A stretch of 64,000 nucleotides of DNA. It comes from Peribolospora baueri (lineage: Eukaryota). Position 1 is the stretch's first letter. The number at the start of each line of letters is the position of its first letter. Shown in pieces: positions 13,035 to 25,500 of the stretch. The position numbers and the translations under genes were made by a program. The notes below the pieces were generated by a model. The model was not told the DNA's origin and ran no database searches. It saw only the letters and a program-made list of their open reading frames with translations. The stretch spans positions 310,001 to 374,000 of the forward strand of contig JAMDHS010000001.1 in NCBI GenBank assembly GCA_029717555.1, read 5' to 3'.

Positions 13035-15543
13035 ATGAAGGCCTGGCCGTCGCTCACCTTGTCGCTCTCCTGGCTCAGTCCGCCGTCTCGCTTCACAAGA
13101 GACCTGATATGGGGAGTCGTGATTGGCCTCACCTTCTCCCTCTCCTCCACCTCAGCCGCCCTCTTCCTCCAACAGCGCCGGAGGAGAAAGGCCGTCGGCC
13201 AGATTCCCGACCCTGGACCCATCGAGTTGCGTAGCGGAGGGATCGTCAACGGCGTCGAGGGCTTGATAGGTGGGCGCGACCGTGCTCCCGGGTCCGCTCC
13301 GCACCGCCTGTCCTTCTCACCGCCGCTCGTCCATCCTGGTCTGCTTCCCACAGGCAACACGCCTCTGGTCCGAATCAACTCGCTCTCCGACGCGCTCGGA
13401 TGCGAAATACTGGTGGGCAAGTCCAGCTGGTCGCTCTGAATTGACGTTAGTGTGATTGTAAACCTGAAAACCGACGAGCTCTCTTTTTTCCCTCGCTTCC
13501 ATCCTTCTCTTCTAGGCCAAGGCAGAGGTGAGAGAAGCCGCTGCTTCGCGTCCATGTTCGAAGAACCATGCTGACCTCGAGTCGGAATGGTCCAGTTCTT
13601 GAACCCAGCCGGCAGCCCGAAAGACCGCGTTGCCCTTCAAAGTGAGACGCCGCGACATTTATTCGCTCATTCGCTTCTTGGCCCCCCCAGCCTCGCGCTC
13701 ACGAACCGGAAGGATCTCCGTGTTTCCAGTGGTTCAAAACGCCGAGCTAGACGGTTGGCTTCATCCTCACACCGGCTCATGTATCTTTGAGGGCACTGTA
13801 GGGTGAGTGAGCCCTGCGCCGCGATATATGCCCTAGGCGTTGGTTGATATCTTCAACGTGCTCTCCCCACGTTCGGTTGGCCAGATCGACAGGCATCTCT
13901 TTGGCGACGATCGCGCGAGCGAAAGGCTACCGCTGCACCATCATCATCCCAGACGACGTGGCAGTCGAAAAATACCAGCTGCTCGAAAAGCTGGGCGCGA
14001 CCGTCGAGAAAGTCCGCCCTGCGAGTATCGTGGACAAGAAGCAGTTTGTCAACGTGGCCAAGCGGAGAGCGGAGGAGTTTGGGAACCAAGGCGAGGAAGG
14101 CGTCCAGCTCGTGGGGCCGCATGCCAAGTTCTTAAATGCTCGCGGAGAAGATATGGGCGCGAGACGAGAGGATATGGTGGTGAGCACGTCGGCTAGTCGG
14201 AAAGAGCTAGAGCGAGGCGATGGGGAAGCCTTGGAGGTCAAACCAAGGGGCTTCTTTGCCGACCAGGTGAGTGGGAGTGCGATCGAGGTCGACCAACGAG
14301 CGCGCCACTTGACCATGAAAGAAAAAAGCTGATCGCGTGACGAGCACTCTTTCAAAAGTTTGAGAACTTGGCCAACTTTGAGGCGCACTACAAACACACT
14401 GGGCCAGAGATTTGGCGGCAGACGAGCGGACGGATTGACGCTTTTGTCAGTGGTGCTGGTGGGTGTCCTCTGCTCTCGGACCGCAACGCTTCCTTTTGTC
14501 CACCGTCCGGAGGTCATGGTCCTCGTTCTTTCGCTCATTGAATGCACCTGGGCGTATCAGGCACCGGTGGCACGCTCAGCGGCATTGCGACGTTCCTCAA
14601 GAGCGTCAAGGACGACATCCTCGTTGTCCTCGCGGATCCCCCAGGTTCCGGACTGTACAACAAGGTACGCTCCGTTTCCCTCCCATGCCGCCCTTCGTCC
14701 ACTGCTCGCCGCCACCCGTTCATCCTCTCCCGTTTTTTCGTCGTCCTTGAAAGGTCAAGTTCAACGTAATGTACGCACCGGAGGAACGAGAGGGAACGAA
14801 GCGTCGACATCAGGTTGACACAGTCGTCGAAGGTATTGGCATTAACAGGATCACTCGGAACATGGAGCAAGGCATTCCTGTCGTCGACGACGCTGTCAGG
14901 TGGGAACTCGCCTTCCCCGGGATTTTGCGGCTCTAGAACTGAATCGCTTTCTGAGCGGCTCGCTCAGGCTTGCCTCGAAACTGAATCACCTCGGCTGGCG
15001 TCGTCCTTGCTCCCTTTCTCTCTCCCAGGGTCACCGACGCGGAGGCGGTGGCCATGTCTCGACATTTGGCCCTGAAGTGAGCATGGTTCCCATCGTTTTC
15101 CGGACTACGAACGTGGCCCACTTTCCCGCTGATCGATGGGCCTTCCCTTTCCCCATCAGCGACGGCTTCTTCCTCGGTTCCTCCACGGCAGTCAACCTCG
15201 TAGCGGCGGTCAAGACGGCCAAAAAACTGAAACAGGCCAGAAGCGCGCTCGAGCGTCCTGTCGTCGTCACCATATTGTGCGTGCCCCAACCCCCCATAGC
15301 TCCTGGCGCGATTCGATTCGATTCGAACCAAAGCTATGTAGCGTCCGGCAGATGGCAGCGGGAAGAAAACAAACTTAACTCACATACGTCCACATTTTGG
15401 TTCGCCTCTGGTCGGTCTGTGTGTGGCCTGAGTGCAGGTGCGATGCCGGCACGCGCCACCTGTCCAAGTTCCACTCGGACGAGTACCTCTCCGCCGCCGG
15501 CATCCCCATCTCGAGCGATATTTCTGACCTCCTAGCGAACTGA
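13035..15543 (+). CDS. Cysteine synthase-like PLP enzyme with N-terminal membrane anchor (MCY1/cys12 type), many short exons
   Basis: [23 protein letters not shown] (PLP Lys), EGT(V)[39 protein letters not shown] and [11 protein letters not shown]. Confidence 0.88.
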
Positions 15544-15804
15544 GTCGGCCGGCGAGCGTTTGCGGTCGGACGCGGTAGGATGGAGCGAAGTGAAATGATA
15601 GAGTTTCTTGAGTCACGACGATCGATCGAGTGACTGACAGTATGTACACTACATACATACTGTATCCTGGAGCCCGAAAACCGTCAGCGCTTCACTCGCG
15701 ACGGACCGAGGGAATCTCATTAGTGATATGGTACATGAGGTACACGGCGAGATTGCATTGCGAACGACGACAGAGGATGCTTGGCTGCGCGGGCTAGCCT
15801 AATA

Positions 15805-18098
15805 TCAGGCCTGGACGGCCGCCTTGAGAGCGACGATGCGGTTGAGTACGATCCTATCTCCCTCGCTCCTGTCCAGCTTTGTGCTCTCCTGCCCCTCTTC
15901 GACGCAACGGATTTTGGAGTCCTTGTCGAGTGCAAAGTAAGCGACGCGGACGCCCTGGAAGCGCACGCACTCGGGCCCCACCAGCTGGCTCGCCTTTCGC
16001 TCCGGAGCTCCGTGCCCGGCGTCGTTGGGGAGCCCCGGAATGTCCGAAGCCGGGTGCTCGCGCTCCTCCTTCACAGCCTCCTCCGTGCGCTTCTCGCCCT
16101 CCTTCCTAGCCTCAGCCAGGAGAGCACGGGCGACGTTGAAGAAACCGACCTCGATCATCGCATCCTTGTGCACCTCCAGGCTGTTAGGGTCCACGTGTGT
16201 CAACCAGTCGTCACCGCTCGGGTCGTCAGTCTTGAAGAGCGGGTTGAAGATGCGCACTTCGTCGACGCGCACGGGACTACCTGAGGGTGCGTGCTCGCCG
16301 ACCCACTGAATGTAGGCCTTGGCCTTCTTCGTGATTTCCGTCTCGTACCGACAGATCAGCTCCACGGGTTTGCCGCTGACGGGGTCCGTCTTGTAGTCGA
16401 TGACAGTGACCGGGTGAGGAACCTGGAGGAGACCAACCGTCTTGCCGGGAGCGAGCCGGTAGTAATCGGGGTCGTCTACGGTGCGGAAGTCGGACTGATC
16501 GACGTAGAAGGTCTTGGCGAAGGGCACCTTGTTGGTGCCCATTTCAGGGATCTTGGGATGGATCGGTTTCTCGATCTCCAGGTAGAAGTCGTCAGGAACG
16601 TTCTCAAGAGTTACCTTGAGAGGGTCGAGCAACATCATGAGCCGGGGTGTGGAGAATTCGAGATACTGACGGACGACTTGTTCGAAGTACACCGCACGAA
16701 TCACCGACTTGGAGGTGGTGACACCGAGGCCGTTGACAAAGTTCAGGATGGCGCCAGGGGGGATGCCTCGTCGACGTAAGGCGATAAGAGTGTACAGGCG
16801 CGGGTCGTCCCAACCAGACACGTAACCCTCATTGACAAGCTTGAGAATCTTGCGCTTGGACATCACCGTGCCCTCCAACGACAAGCGACCGTACTCGGAC
16901 TGACGGGGCTTGTACACTTCCACGGCATCGCACAGCCACTCGTACGAGACGCGCGAAAGGATGAACTCGGTGGTACAGAGCGAGTGCCTGCCATAGACAA
17001 GCGAAAATATGACGTGGTGAGTCAAGGACCTGTTGGCAAAGAGGACGCCAGCTCTGACTCACGTAATGTTCTCAAAGCTATCGCAAAGACAGTGCGTAAA
17101 GTCGTACGTCGGGTATATGCACCAATCCTTTCCAGTTCGATGATGAGGCGCGTCCAGCACGCGATACGCGATCAAGTCCCACATCTGAGGGTTGCCATCC
17201 TCGAGATCCTGCTTCATGCGCAAGGTCGCATCACCGGGCCTGTACTTGCCGGCACGCATCTTCTCGAACTCGGCCAGCGACTCCTCTATGGGTCGCTCAC
17301 GGTGCACACAAGCGCGACGGGGAGTGCCAGGTTTGTCGCCGCCTCGGTCGGCCCAGATTTGCTCGCCTGCATGAAATTGGAGTAGGGATCTTGTAAGCTT
17401 ACGACGTCTCCCGAAGACAAAGACGTTCCCGGGTTGCGACGCTCACCCGTGCAATGGCACACGTATGCGAGGCCCCTCTTGGTCAGTTTGACGGCAAGCT
17501 CGTACAGTTGAGGGAAATAGTCGCTCGAGTAGGTAATCTTGAACGGTTCAAAGCCGAGCCACCTGATCGTCTCCAGGATGCTCTCGAAGTATTGAGCCTC
17601 CTCGGCTTCCGGGTTCGTGTCATCGTACCGGAGATAACAGTAGCCGCCGTGGTACTTGGCAAAACCGAAGTTGATGGCGATCGCCTTGGAGTGACCAATG
17701 TGCAGATACCCGTTCGGCTCTGGGGGAAACCGAGTGTAAACCTTGCCACCGGTGGCCACCAGGTGAGCGTCTCGGAGGTCCGGAGATACCTGAGGGTTCT
17801 CGCCAGGCTTGTGCAGCTTGGCGAGGAAGCCCTCCTCGAACATTGCATCAGGGCGTGCTGGAGCAGCCACTGCCGCCTTCTGCTTGGGCGGCTTGGGTGG
17901 CTTGGGCTCCTTGGTCGGCTTGGGTTTCTTCTCTTTGGGCTTCTTCTCCTTTGGCTTCTTCTCATTCGGCTTGTCCTTTTCGGCCGTGGCATCGTTTACG
18001 ATGGCCTTGTCGACCGTAGCGTCGTTTTCGTTGGCCTTGTTGGACGTAGCATCGTTTACAATGACCTTGTCAGTCTTGGCGTCGTCGTTGGTGGCCAT
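15805..18098 (-). CDS. GLN4: Glutaminyl-tRNA synthetase (2 introns)
   Basis: [15 protein letters not shown] (HIGH), [36 protein letters not shown] and GWDDPRL. Confidence 0.95.
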
Positions 18099-18450
18099 GT
18101 CGGGCGCGATGGGCAGGGGGGAGTCCGGACGGGGAGTCACGAAAGGCGCTTCGAGAAGCGAGCTGGAGGCGGAATGATAAGCTGCAGCCTTTCAAGAGCT
18201 CCTTTGTGGCGCACGTGAACTGACTGCGGCATCTTCACGTAATAGGGATGAGCGCTTGCTTTCCTTGTGGATCGCAGTTCCGTAGGTAGTATTATATTTA
18301 ATTAGGACGGAGCAGACGCGGCCGCGCTCGATCTATAAGTGTCAACCTGGACCGGCCATAGACCATGACCAATGGTGGTCATCTTCGACTGCATTCGGGT
18401 CGAAGGGAATTATATGGACCATATCTTTACCATTGTTTTAAGAACTTCCA

Positions 18451-18780
18451 TCTGGATTCCTTGATAGTGATAGAAGTATATATTTCAATATTGAGTCGTC
18501 TCAATTAATTGTTAGTGCTGCTCAAGTGAATTTTCATATACTTCATCCATTGGTACAACACTTCATTCTATGATCCTGCAGGAGGAGGTGATCCAATTTT
18601 ATACCAACATTTATTCTTAACTCCATACGCTACTACTTATTTGTCTTGAGTATTTTTACTTAACACACTACTAATTTTAACTTTGAATAATTCACCATCA
18701 GTAAATTCGACAAGCCATTGATAGAAAATTCATTGTTTTTTGTTTGTAATCCAGAAAGATAATGTTTTTGAGTTATATTC
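18451..18780. pseudogene. NUMT: mosaic of mitochondrial cox1 exon and LAGLIDADG homing-endonuclease fragments
   Basis: AT-rich island. 18557-18616(+) reads [20 protein letters not shown] (cox1). 18451-18525(+) reads SGFLDSDRSIYFNIESSQLIVSAAQ and ~18691-18726(-) reads FYQWLVEFTDGE; both are LAGLIDADG-motif-like. Confidence 0.85.
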
Positions 18781-19316
18781 CACGTCGCCGTTCCATCCTC
18801 CATAGCACCACTCCCATCCTGCGCCGGCCAGCTACTTGGACAGGCCCTCTCTGCCTTCCTAGTACCACTTTTCTAGACATTGTGCGCGTTATTACAGGCC
18901 CAGTTATCTTTTCTGTCCCACCTCGAAAGTTACGCTCGGTCAAATTGGTCTCGTTTTCCACAGCACGATGCAAAGAATGCCGCTCTGTGAAGTGCGCATG
19001 CCCGGCCGCCGGAGGAAACAGAGGATGGATACCACTGGAAGGTCATCCCCTTGGAAAATGAACCTGTTCTGGGTCCAAGCGCGACTGTGTTTGCTTCGAG
19101 TGCTATTCCAAAAGCAAAAGCAGAATACCAAGCAGGCAGGCAGCAAACAACATGCGAGCAGACGGAGGATAACGGACCCGTCGTCGAGCGACCGACCACA
19201 ACCTGGCATTACGACTCGCGAAAGGGCTAGCTTTGGAGCGGGATGGTATACGCGTTATGTCCCATACATGCACAATCATCTTACGGCGTCTGCCGCCGTC
19301 GTCCATCTGACAGCGC

Positions 19317-21116
19317 TCAGTTGTCGGGGATCCGGCTGTAGTGCAGACCAGCGGGAGGAAAGGTCAGTCAGAATCCTCGGAAGTAGACTGAGGCCCTTCA
19401 CCTTCCTGGGGGCGGAAGGAAAGGAGACCGACTCATCAACCGATCTTCCCAGAGAGCCCCGAAACTCACAAAATGGTGATCTCCTGCTGCTTGAAGTACC
19501 TCCGGTTCTCCTCGTCAATGAGCACGAGGTTGAGGTAGTACCGCGTGCTGAACTTTTTGTTCACGTCGCGGAAGGTCGGAGTGAGTTCAAATCCGCCCAA
19601 GAAGAGTCTAATTGGGATCGTTTCGCCTGGCGAAGAGGGACGAGGGGTTAGTGGGAAGGGAAAGGAGGATCAACGGTGAAACCTTGGCAGGCTGGAAGGT
19701 AGAGACTGATAGCAAAAAGTCACAATGCTAACCTCGTACGGGAGCCCCATCCATGATCTCGAACTTTGTGATCGTCTCCGACTCGTTGTATTGATTTGGC
19801 GCTACAGGGGGATAAAGCCGGGGACGAGGCACCACCGTTGTTCACGTTATATGGACGATAATGTCAGCTGAGGGTTATGTCTCAAATAGAAGACGTAGAG
19901 GCCGGGGACGGAACTCACCTGCTCCAGTCGTCTCCCGTCGGATGATAGACAACTCCATATGTTTGATCTTGATGCGCACGAGGAGGAAGTAAATTTTGCC
20001 TACAATCACGTCTTTCAGGTGGTATCTGTTGGATTGGGCCGAAAAGAACGAGCGGGCATGATCCGATGGTTGTCAATACATCGACCCGAACTTTGCCGAG
20101 GGCCGCGAAGACTCACTTGCTCTTGTTGTACTCAAACTCAATGTGCAAACAGTCCTCGATGCCAACCTCCATCTTAATGGCGTTGTTGCTGTCTGGAGGC
20201 ATGCGGTACGAGTGCACCCAGATATCCTTCTCCTTCACTACGTCGGCAAGCCGACGAGAGATTACGATACGAACAAAGTAGCTGTAGGGGAAATTTCAAA
20301 GCATCAACGAACAAGAGGTTGGTCAGAAGACAATGCCAGGCCAAAACAAAAGGCCGTCCACCTCTTCTGGACTGGTCACGTATCCGCTCACCGAAGCTTG
20401 ACATTGATGCCGTTATAGCTCTCATATTGCTTCTCGACGTTTTTGAACTCAAAGTCGAACGTCTGTGCGTGTCGCATCTCCCCCGGTGAGGCGAGCTCTT
20501 GTACCAGAGAGAGAAACTCGTAGTGATTCCCTCGGTCGTAGAAGAGCTCTGCGAGAAGCCAAGCCGACAAGCAGATAAGACGGAGCGCCGGACGGGGGTA
20601 TCAATAGAGGGGAGGTGCGGGAAGTGGCGCGCTGGCTCACTAGCGATCTGGGTTGACAAGAACTGACCAATGCTTCCAATAAACTGCACTTTGATGCCAT
20701 CGTGTTGCAGTTTTTTTCCATCTCGCACTCGCACCGTAGCCTGACGGAGAAGGATGGATGAGCAAGGCACGATGAGCGGGATGGAAGCGATGTGATTGCA
20801 GCACGTCCACTGGTCTCTCACTGTCGCTCACCTGTCCGCGAACACTTTCGCCATCGCTGAGAGTCGGAGCATGGGGAATACGGTAAGCACACCCGACGGG
20901 CTCAGCTCTGCACACACCGTATCCCATCCTGGCCGAAAGGCTGGCCCTAGGAAAGACGAGGACCGCTCGTCCTGGCGTCCTAGCCACTCACAAATACACC
21001 GGGCACTTGTCCTTGCGCTCCTTCTCCATCTTCACCTCCACTTGCTTGCGGCTGTCTTCCCCGTCGAGTCGGATGTCGACGTCGACGGGGGACGAGAAGC
21101 TGAAGAAGGACGCCAT
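19317..21116 (-). CDS. VPS26: Retromer subunit Vps26, multi-exon
   Basis: DGESVRGQ, HDGIKVQFIG, ELFYDRGNHYEF, VEKQYESYNGINVKLR, IKMEVGIEDCLHIEFEYNKSK, FEIMDGAPVRGETIPIRLFL and RRYFKQQEI. Confidence 0.95.
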
Positions 21117-21342
21117 GGTTGCAGGCGAGTTGGAGACGATCCTGGGACGGCGTCCTAGGCTATGCTTGATGGCGGAGGGTGATCGATGATCGCCCGCTGT
21201 CGGCAACTCTGGCGCGAGCGGCTCACGTGGATGGATGTGAGTGAGCGCCGGCGACGACCACCTTTCACAATCAGTGGCGACGACGACGACCTCGATCTTC
21301 AAGCTCAAGTAAACGACCCCCAAGTCGCCTCTTTCGTCCTCA

Positions 21343-22293
21343 ATGGTTTCCTCCTCTCCATCTGTGTCGGCCAGCCCACACACTCCCACCCCTACTCCCG
21401 GCCCTAGCACCTCCCAACCCACCTCCGCCTCCGCCAGCGCCAAGCCAGACGACAAGGAGAGGGAGAAGGACGCGAAGAAGAAGAAGGCCGCATCCACTCC
21501 CCACAATGTTTTCGCCAACGATGGCAGCTTCCTGGAAAGGTTCAAGAAAACGAAGCAGGTGCGTTGTCGGGCTCGCCCCAGCCAGCTTGCTGCGTCCATA
21601 GCTGAACTGAGTCTTTCAAACCGATGCCCATACTGTCTCTTTCCTCCTTCTTTCCGAATATACGTTAGGACGGCGACGATGAGAAGAAGAAAAGAGAGGA
21701 AGCCCTGAATAGGTGAGGGGTCCCTTCTGTCTTTTTCTTCTTCCCTCCGTTCACATACGTCCCGTCCTCCGCTAGGGAACGTCCATCATGATGGTTTTCC
21801 GGCCCTATCCCGCCTCCCAGCTTGCTTGAGAACGGCAGCGCGATGCGTCGCCGCCGCCTTCGTAACGTTTGTCGTGCGGCGTTTCTTCGGGCCCACGTTA
21901 CATCTCTTTGCTGACCGGTTGAGCTGGTGTTTCTCTTCCTTCATCTGTCTTCACGTTTTTTTTTTCCGCCCTTCACAGGAAAAAGGCGATGGAGGACCGG
22001 TTCGTGAGTAACGCGAGTCGCTTCGATGTATGCTCGCCTATTTTTTTTCTATCCTGACCTCAACTAAATTGTCTCTGTCCTCGATTGTCGCCCCCGAACT
22101 TTAGAGGAATCGAGGCAAGCGGCGCCTCGCAACCTCCGCGTCTGCCTCCCCCGGCGCAGAGGGCGAGTTGGCAAAGCGAGCGAGGAAGGACGACGAGGAC
22201 CCGGAGGTATCGGCTTATGTTCGCGAAGTGCGAAAACTCGAGCGAAGCTCTCTCAAGGACGTTGGCAGCGGCGTGAGGCCGCTCGTGAAGTAA
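21343..22293 (+). CDS. TRIR/C19orf43-like small protein (4 exons)
   Basis: NVFANDGSFLERFK, RGKRR, AYVREVRK and terminal RPLVK* match the conserved motifs of human C19orf43/TRIR as I recall them. Confidence 0.75.
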
Positions 22294-22508
22294 AAAGCGG
22301 CCCTCCGTCATGGTTCGGAATAGGAGGCTGAGGAGTCCAGTGAGTTGACGGGCAAGCGAGGACTGTTTCTTTATCTCTCGCCTCCTCTTGCTAGACCATT
22401 GTATGCCGTCTGCCATGTACGTCCATTTCCGCCCTCAGAGCATGTGAACAGTGAGTGTGAATGCAATGGATGCCATCGAACATCAATCGTCGGTCTAGGT
22501 AGTCATGT

Positions 22509-25500
22509 CTACAACTCAGCTATTCGGAGGGCTTCGAAGCCCACGCCGCCAAGGGCTATTGTCCAGGTCAGCCCCATCTGGCCGGATTCTCCCTCTTCTC
22601 TGGATGCCAACGCATCCATGGACGAGCAATCGGCGACATGGCAGTACGCCGACCGTAGGAGATGTAAGGCTCCGGGCGAAGACGCTGTCGAGTCTGCTGA
22701 TTTCGAGGTATCGAAATCCTTTCCGTCCCAGCACCAGATGTTGACGCGTTGATCCCAGGAGCACGTAAGGACGTGATGAGGTCCAAGGAAGCGGACATCT
22801 GGAGAAAGGAAAGAGCCGGTACGACGCGGTCAGTGGAGAAGCAGCGTTTAAGTCTGCCCCGAATCAACTGGGGTGGATCGTATCGGACCGACGGGCTCAC
22901 CAGAGATGGAAGACGCATGAGCCGAGTCGCGACGGAATACACGCGTGCACTGTTCCAGGTCAAATCGTCCACCTTCCGTCTCGAACATACAGACGAGCTG
23001 AACATTCAAGGCGTTGTCGTCTCCCACTGAGGCGACGGCGAGTGTTTCGCCTAGATGCGCCGCCCGACATGAATATCGTAAGGGTCAGGACGACACACGT
23101 CGGTACATGCACCTTCGGTACGTACCCAAAACGCAAGCGTCCAACCCAGTGACACCCGATTGATGGCTTCTAAATGTCAGCAGCGGAGATTGTAACTGGG
23201 CGTAATCTGTCTCATCACCGTCTTCTATGGTCGAGGTTTTCAGCCGTCTGCATGATTGTATACAGGTTTTGACGGTGAGCTTCAAAGACTGATCATACGA
23301 AAAGAACAGCGACCGACGCACCGTTCGATGTCCGCCGTCATGTCCCACATGGCGATTCGGCCATCGCTGGCCCCCGTGAAGATCAGATGCTGCCCTTTAA
23401 GACAAGATCCGCTCCTTTCTGGCAACAGAAGATGTTTGCAGGAGAAGATACAGCGATCGTGGAAGGAATTCTCTCCTACTAGTCGGAAGGTGTTCGTGGA
23501 GAAGAAGAACAACCACACCTGACGTGGCACGGAGGGTGAGAAAAGACACCTTCAAATAAAGTTTTCGCCAGTAAGAACTTACTCGGAGAACGCCGTCAGA
23601 GCTGGGTGCGACGATGACATGGGTGTCCTCCGTAACCTGCCATTCATCAAGCGCCATGATCCGAGAATCCTCACCCGCCGTCCGTGCGGGAGCCTTGGCC
23701 CGTCTGCGAAGGCGGAAGCGCCTCGAAAGGTCGTCCCCGCCTTCTCTCCGCTCAAGCTGATAGCAAAGAAGAGACTCGTTCGCGCCAGCTACGAAGCAGA
23801 GAAGCTTCGGCAGATGACCTGACCAGGCCACAGCTTTGACACTGTCTCCTGAGCCATGCTCTACATCCTGGACAAAACAACTTCCTTGTGCGTCCACTGA
23901 TGGGAACCACAAAGACGACGAGAGGCGTATTGGGCATGTCACTCTCGTCTCTTTATCGCTGACCCGCTCGCTCGAACACTCACTCAGGCTCACTCGGAAT
24001 TCTGCCGGCTCGCCACCGGTCGCCAGCAGCAATTCGCCTTTGGACAGGGCTCCATCGGCGTGGAGCGACACCGAACGAATTTCCTGACCGTGACCGGGGT
24101 CCTGTCGAAATGACTTGAGGTTAATGTCATTGGCCTGAAGTGGGGGGCGTGCGTTGGCCTCACCTTCAATCGCACAGTGGACAGGTCATGATTTGTTAGA
24201 CGCCTCTCAGCTATTAACAGGGCGTCTCGCCGTGAGGATACCAAACGAACGCTTTCGTCGTTTAAGGCTGCATGGAAGGTGGTAGGCGGAGACACCTCGC
24301 AAGGTAATTCTGAGACCTACCACCGCGAAAACGGTCAGGCAAATGCTGGGGGCAGTGTGTAGAGACAGCGACGAACGACGGTCGACTGGACGCACCTGGA
24401 TGCTCTCCTGAACGTCCAGGAACACACTCTTGGACCCGTTGAACATCACCACTATGGTCCTATCGTGGCGGCGAATGAGCTGAAACGTTTTGAGGAGCCA
24501 TGGTGTCAACTGTCGCGGGAACGTCTTAGAATCATGACAACGCTGACACTTACCCTAGCGGGGGTACCAACAGTGGCAAATGACCGCTTGTCCATCTCAA
24601 CAATCCCGAAAGAGGAATCGTCGAGACGCTTGACCTCATGTTTGGCATATACCCCGTTTAGAGCCACACATTCCAAGGTCCAATGATTTTCGCTTGTCTG
24701 CTCTACGAGCATACTGATGACGCCTGCAGAAAAAAGACGCGCTCTGACCGGCGGCAGCGAGGGAGGAACGTCGTTCCGAGAGTCGACAATGAGAACATAG
24801 CCGCGGGAGGTGCCGAGGAAGAGCACATTGGCGGCCGGAGTCGCATCCATGACGGTGATGTCATCCGGTTTGCAGTCAAACGAGACCTCGCGAAGGGTCT
24901 TGAGAGCGACGTCGTAGTGAGACAAAAGGGAGCACAAACGCCGGTTCAATACCCGGCATTCCACAGGCGACGGTCCCTCCCTAGACTTACGCTGCTCCCT
25001 CTCGAGAAGGTGATGACACCGAACATCTTGAGAGCTCGCTCGTGGTATAGGGCATGAAAACAGCTGCCATCTGAAAGCAGCTCGGACCCCAAGAGACGAA
25101 CGGTCAATAGAAGAACGCGATTGAAGCCAAACGAGAGACTCACCGTTGGAAGGGAGCACTTTGAATACTCGCAGTGCCCCGCGACGGAGAAGAAAGGGCT
25201 GGACGTTGCACAGAAGGCGTTCAGAGTTTGGCGATCTCCGTTGAGCTCTGTTCGCTACTAGCTCACCTCCATCAGGTAAGTACCAAAGGCGAGCATTCCG
25301 CCCGTGGTTGAAGCAACACAACCCACGCTTCCGCAAGTCGACAGGGCAAGGCTGCAGGTACCGAGCAGCTCAGAGGAACGAAAAAGCAGTCGCCAAGGCG
25401 ACTCAGGCAAGTCCTGAACGTGCACTGCCCTGTCAGGAGACGATCCGAAAGCTAGTCAGTACTGGCCACGGGCGAAGGTCCAACAAAAATGGGTTCCCGT

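Noticed and set aside
11354..13555. 733-aa minus-strand ORF as one protein
   Set aside because: Its first ~285 codons are antisense to the cysteine synthase 5' exons and the intergenic region. Only the part from ATG 12697 fits Fun30.
18781..19250. Possible remnant of a secreted-protein gene or of the missing GlnRS N-terminal exon
   Set aside because: No recognisable motif or splice path in any frame; left unassigned.
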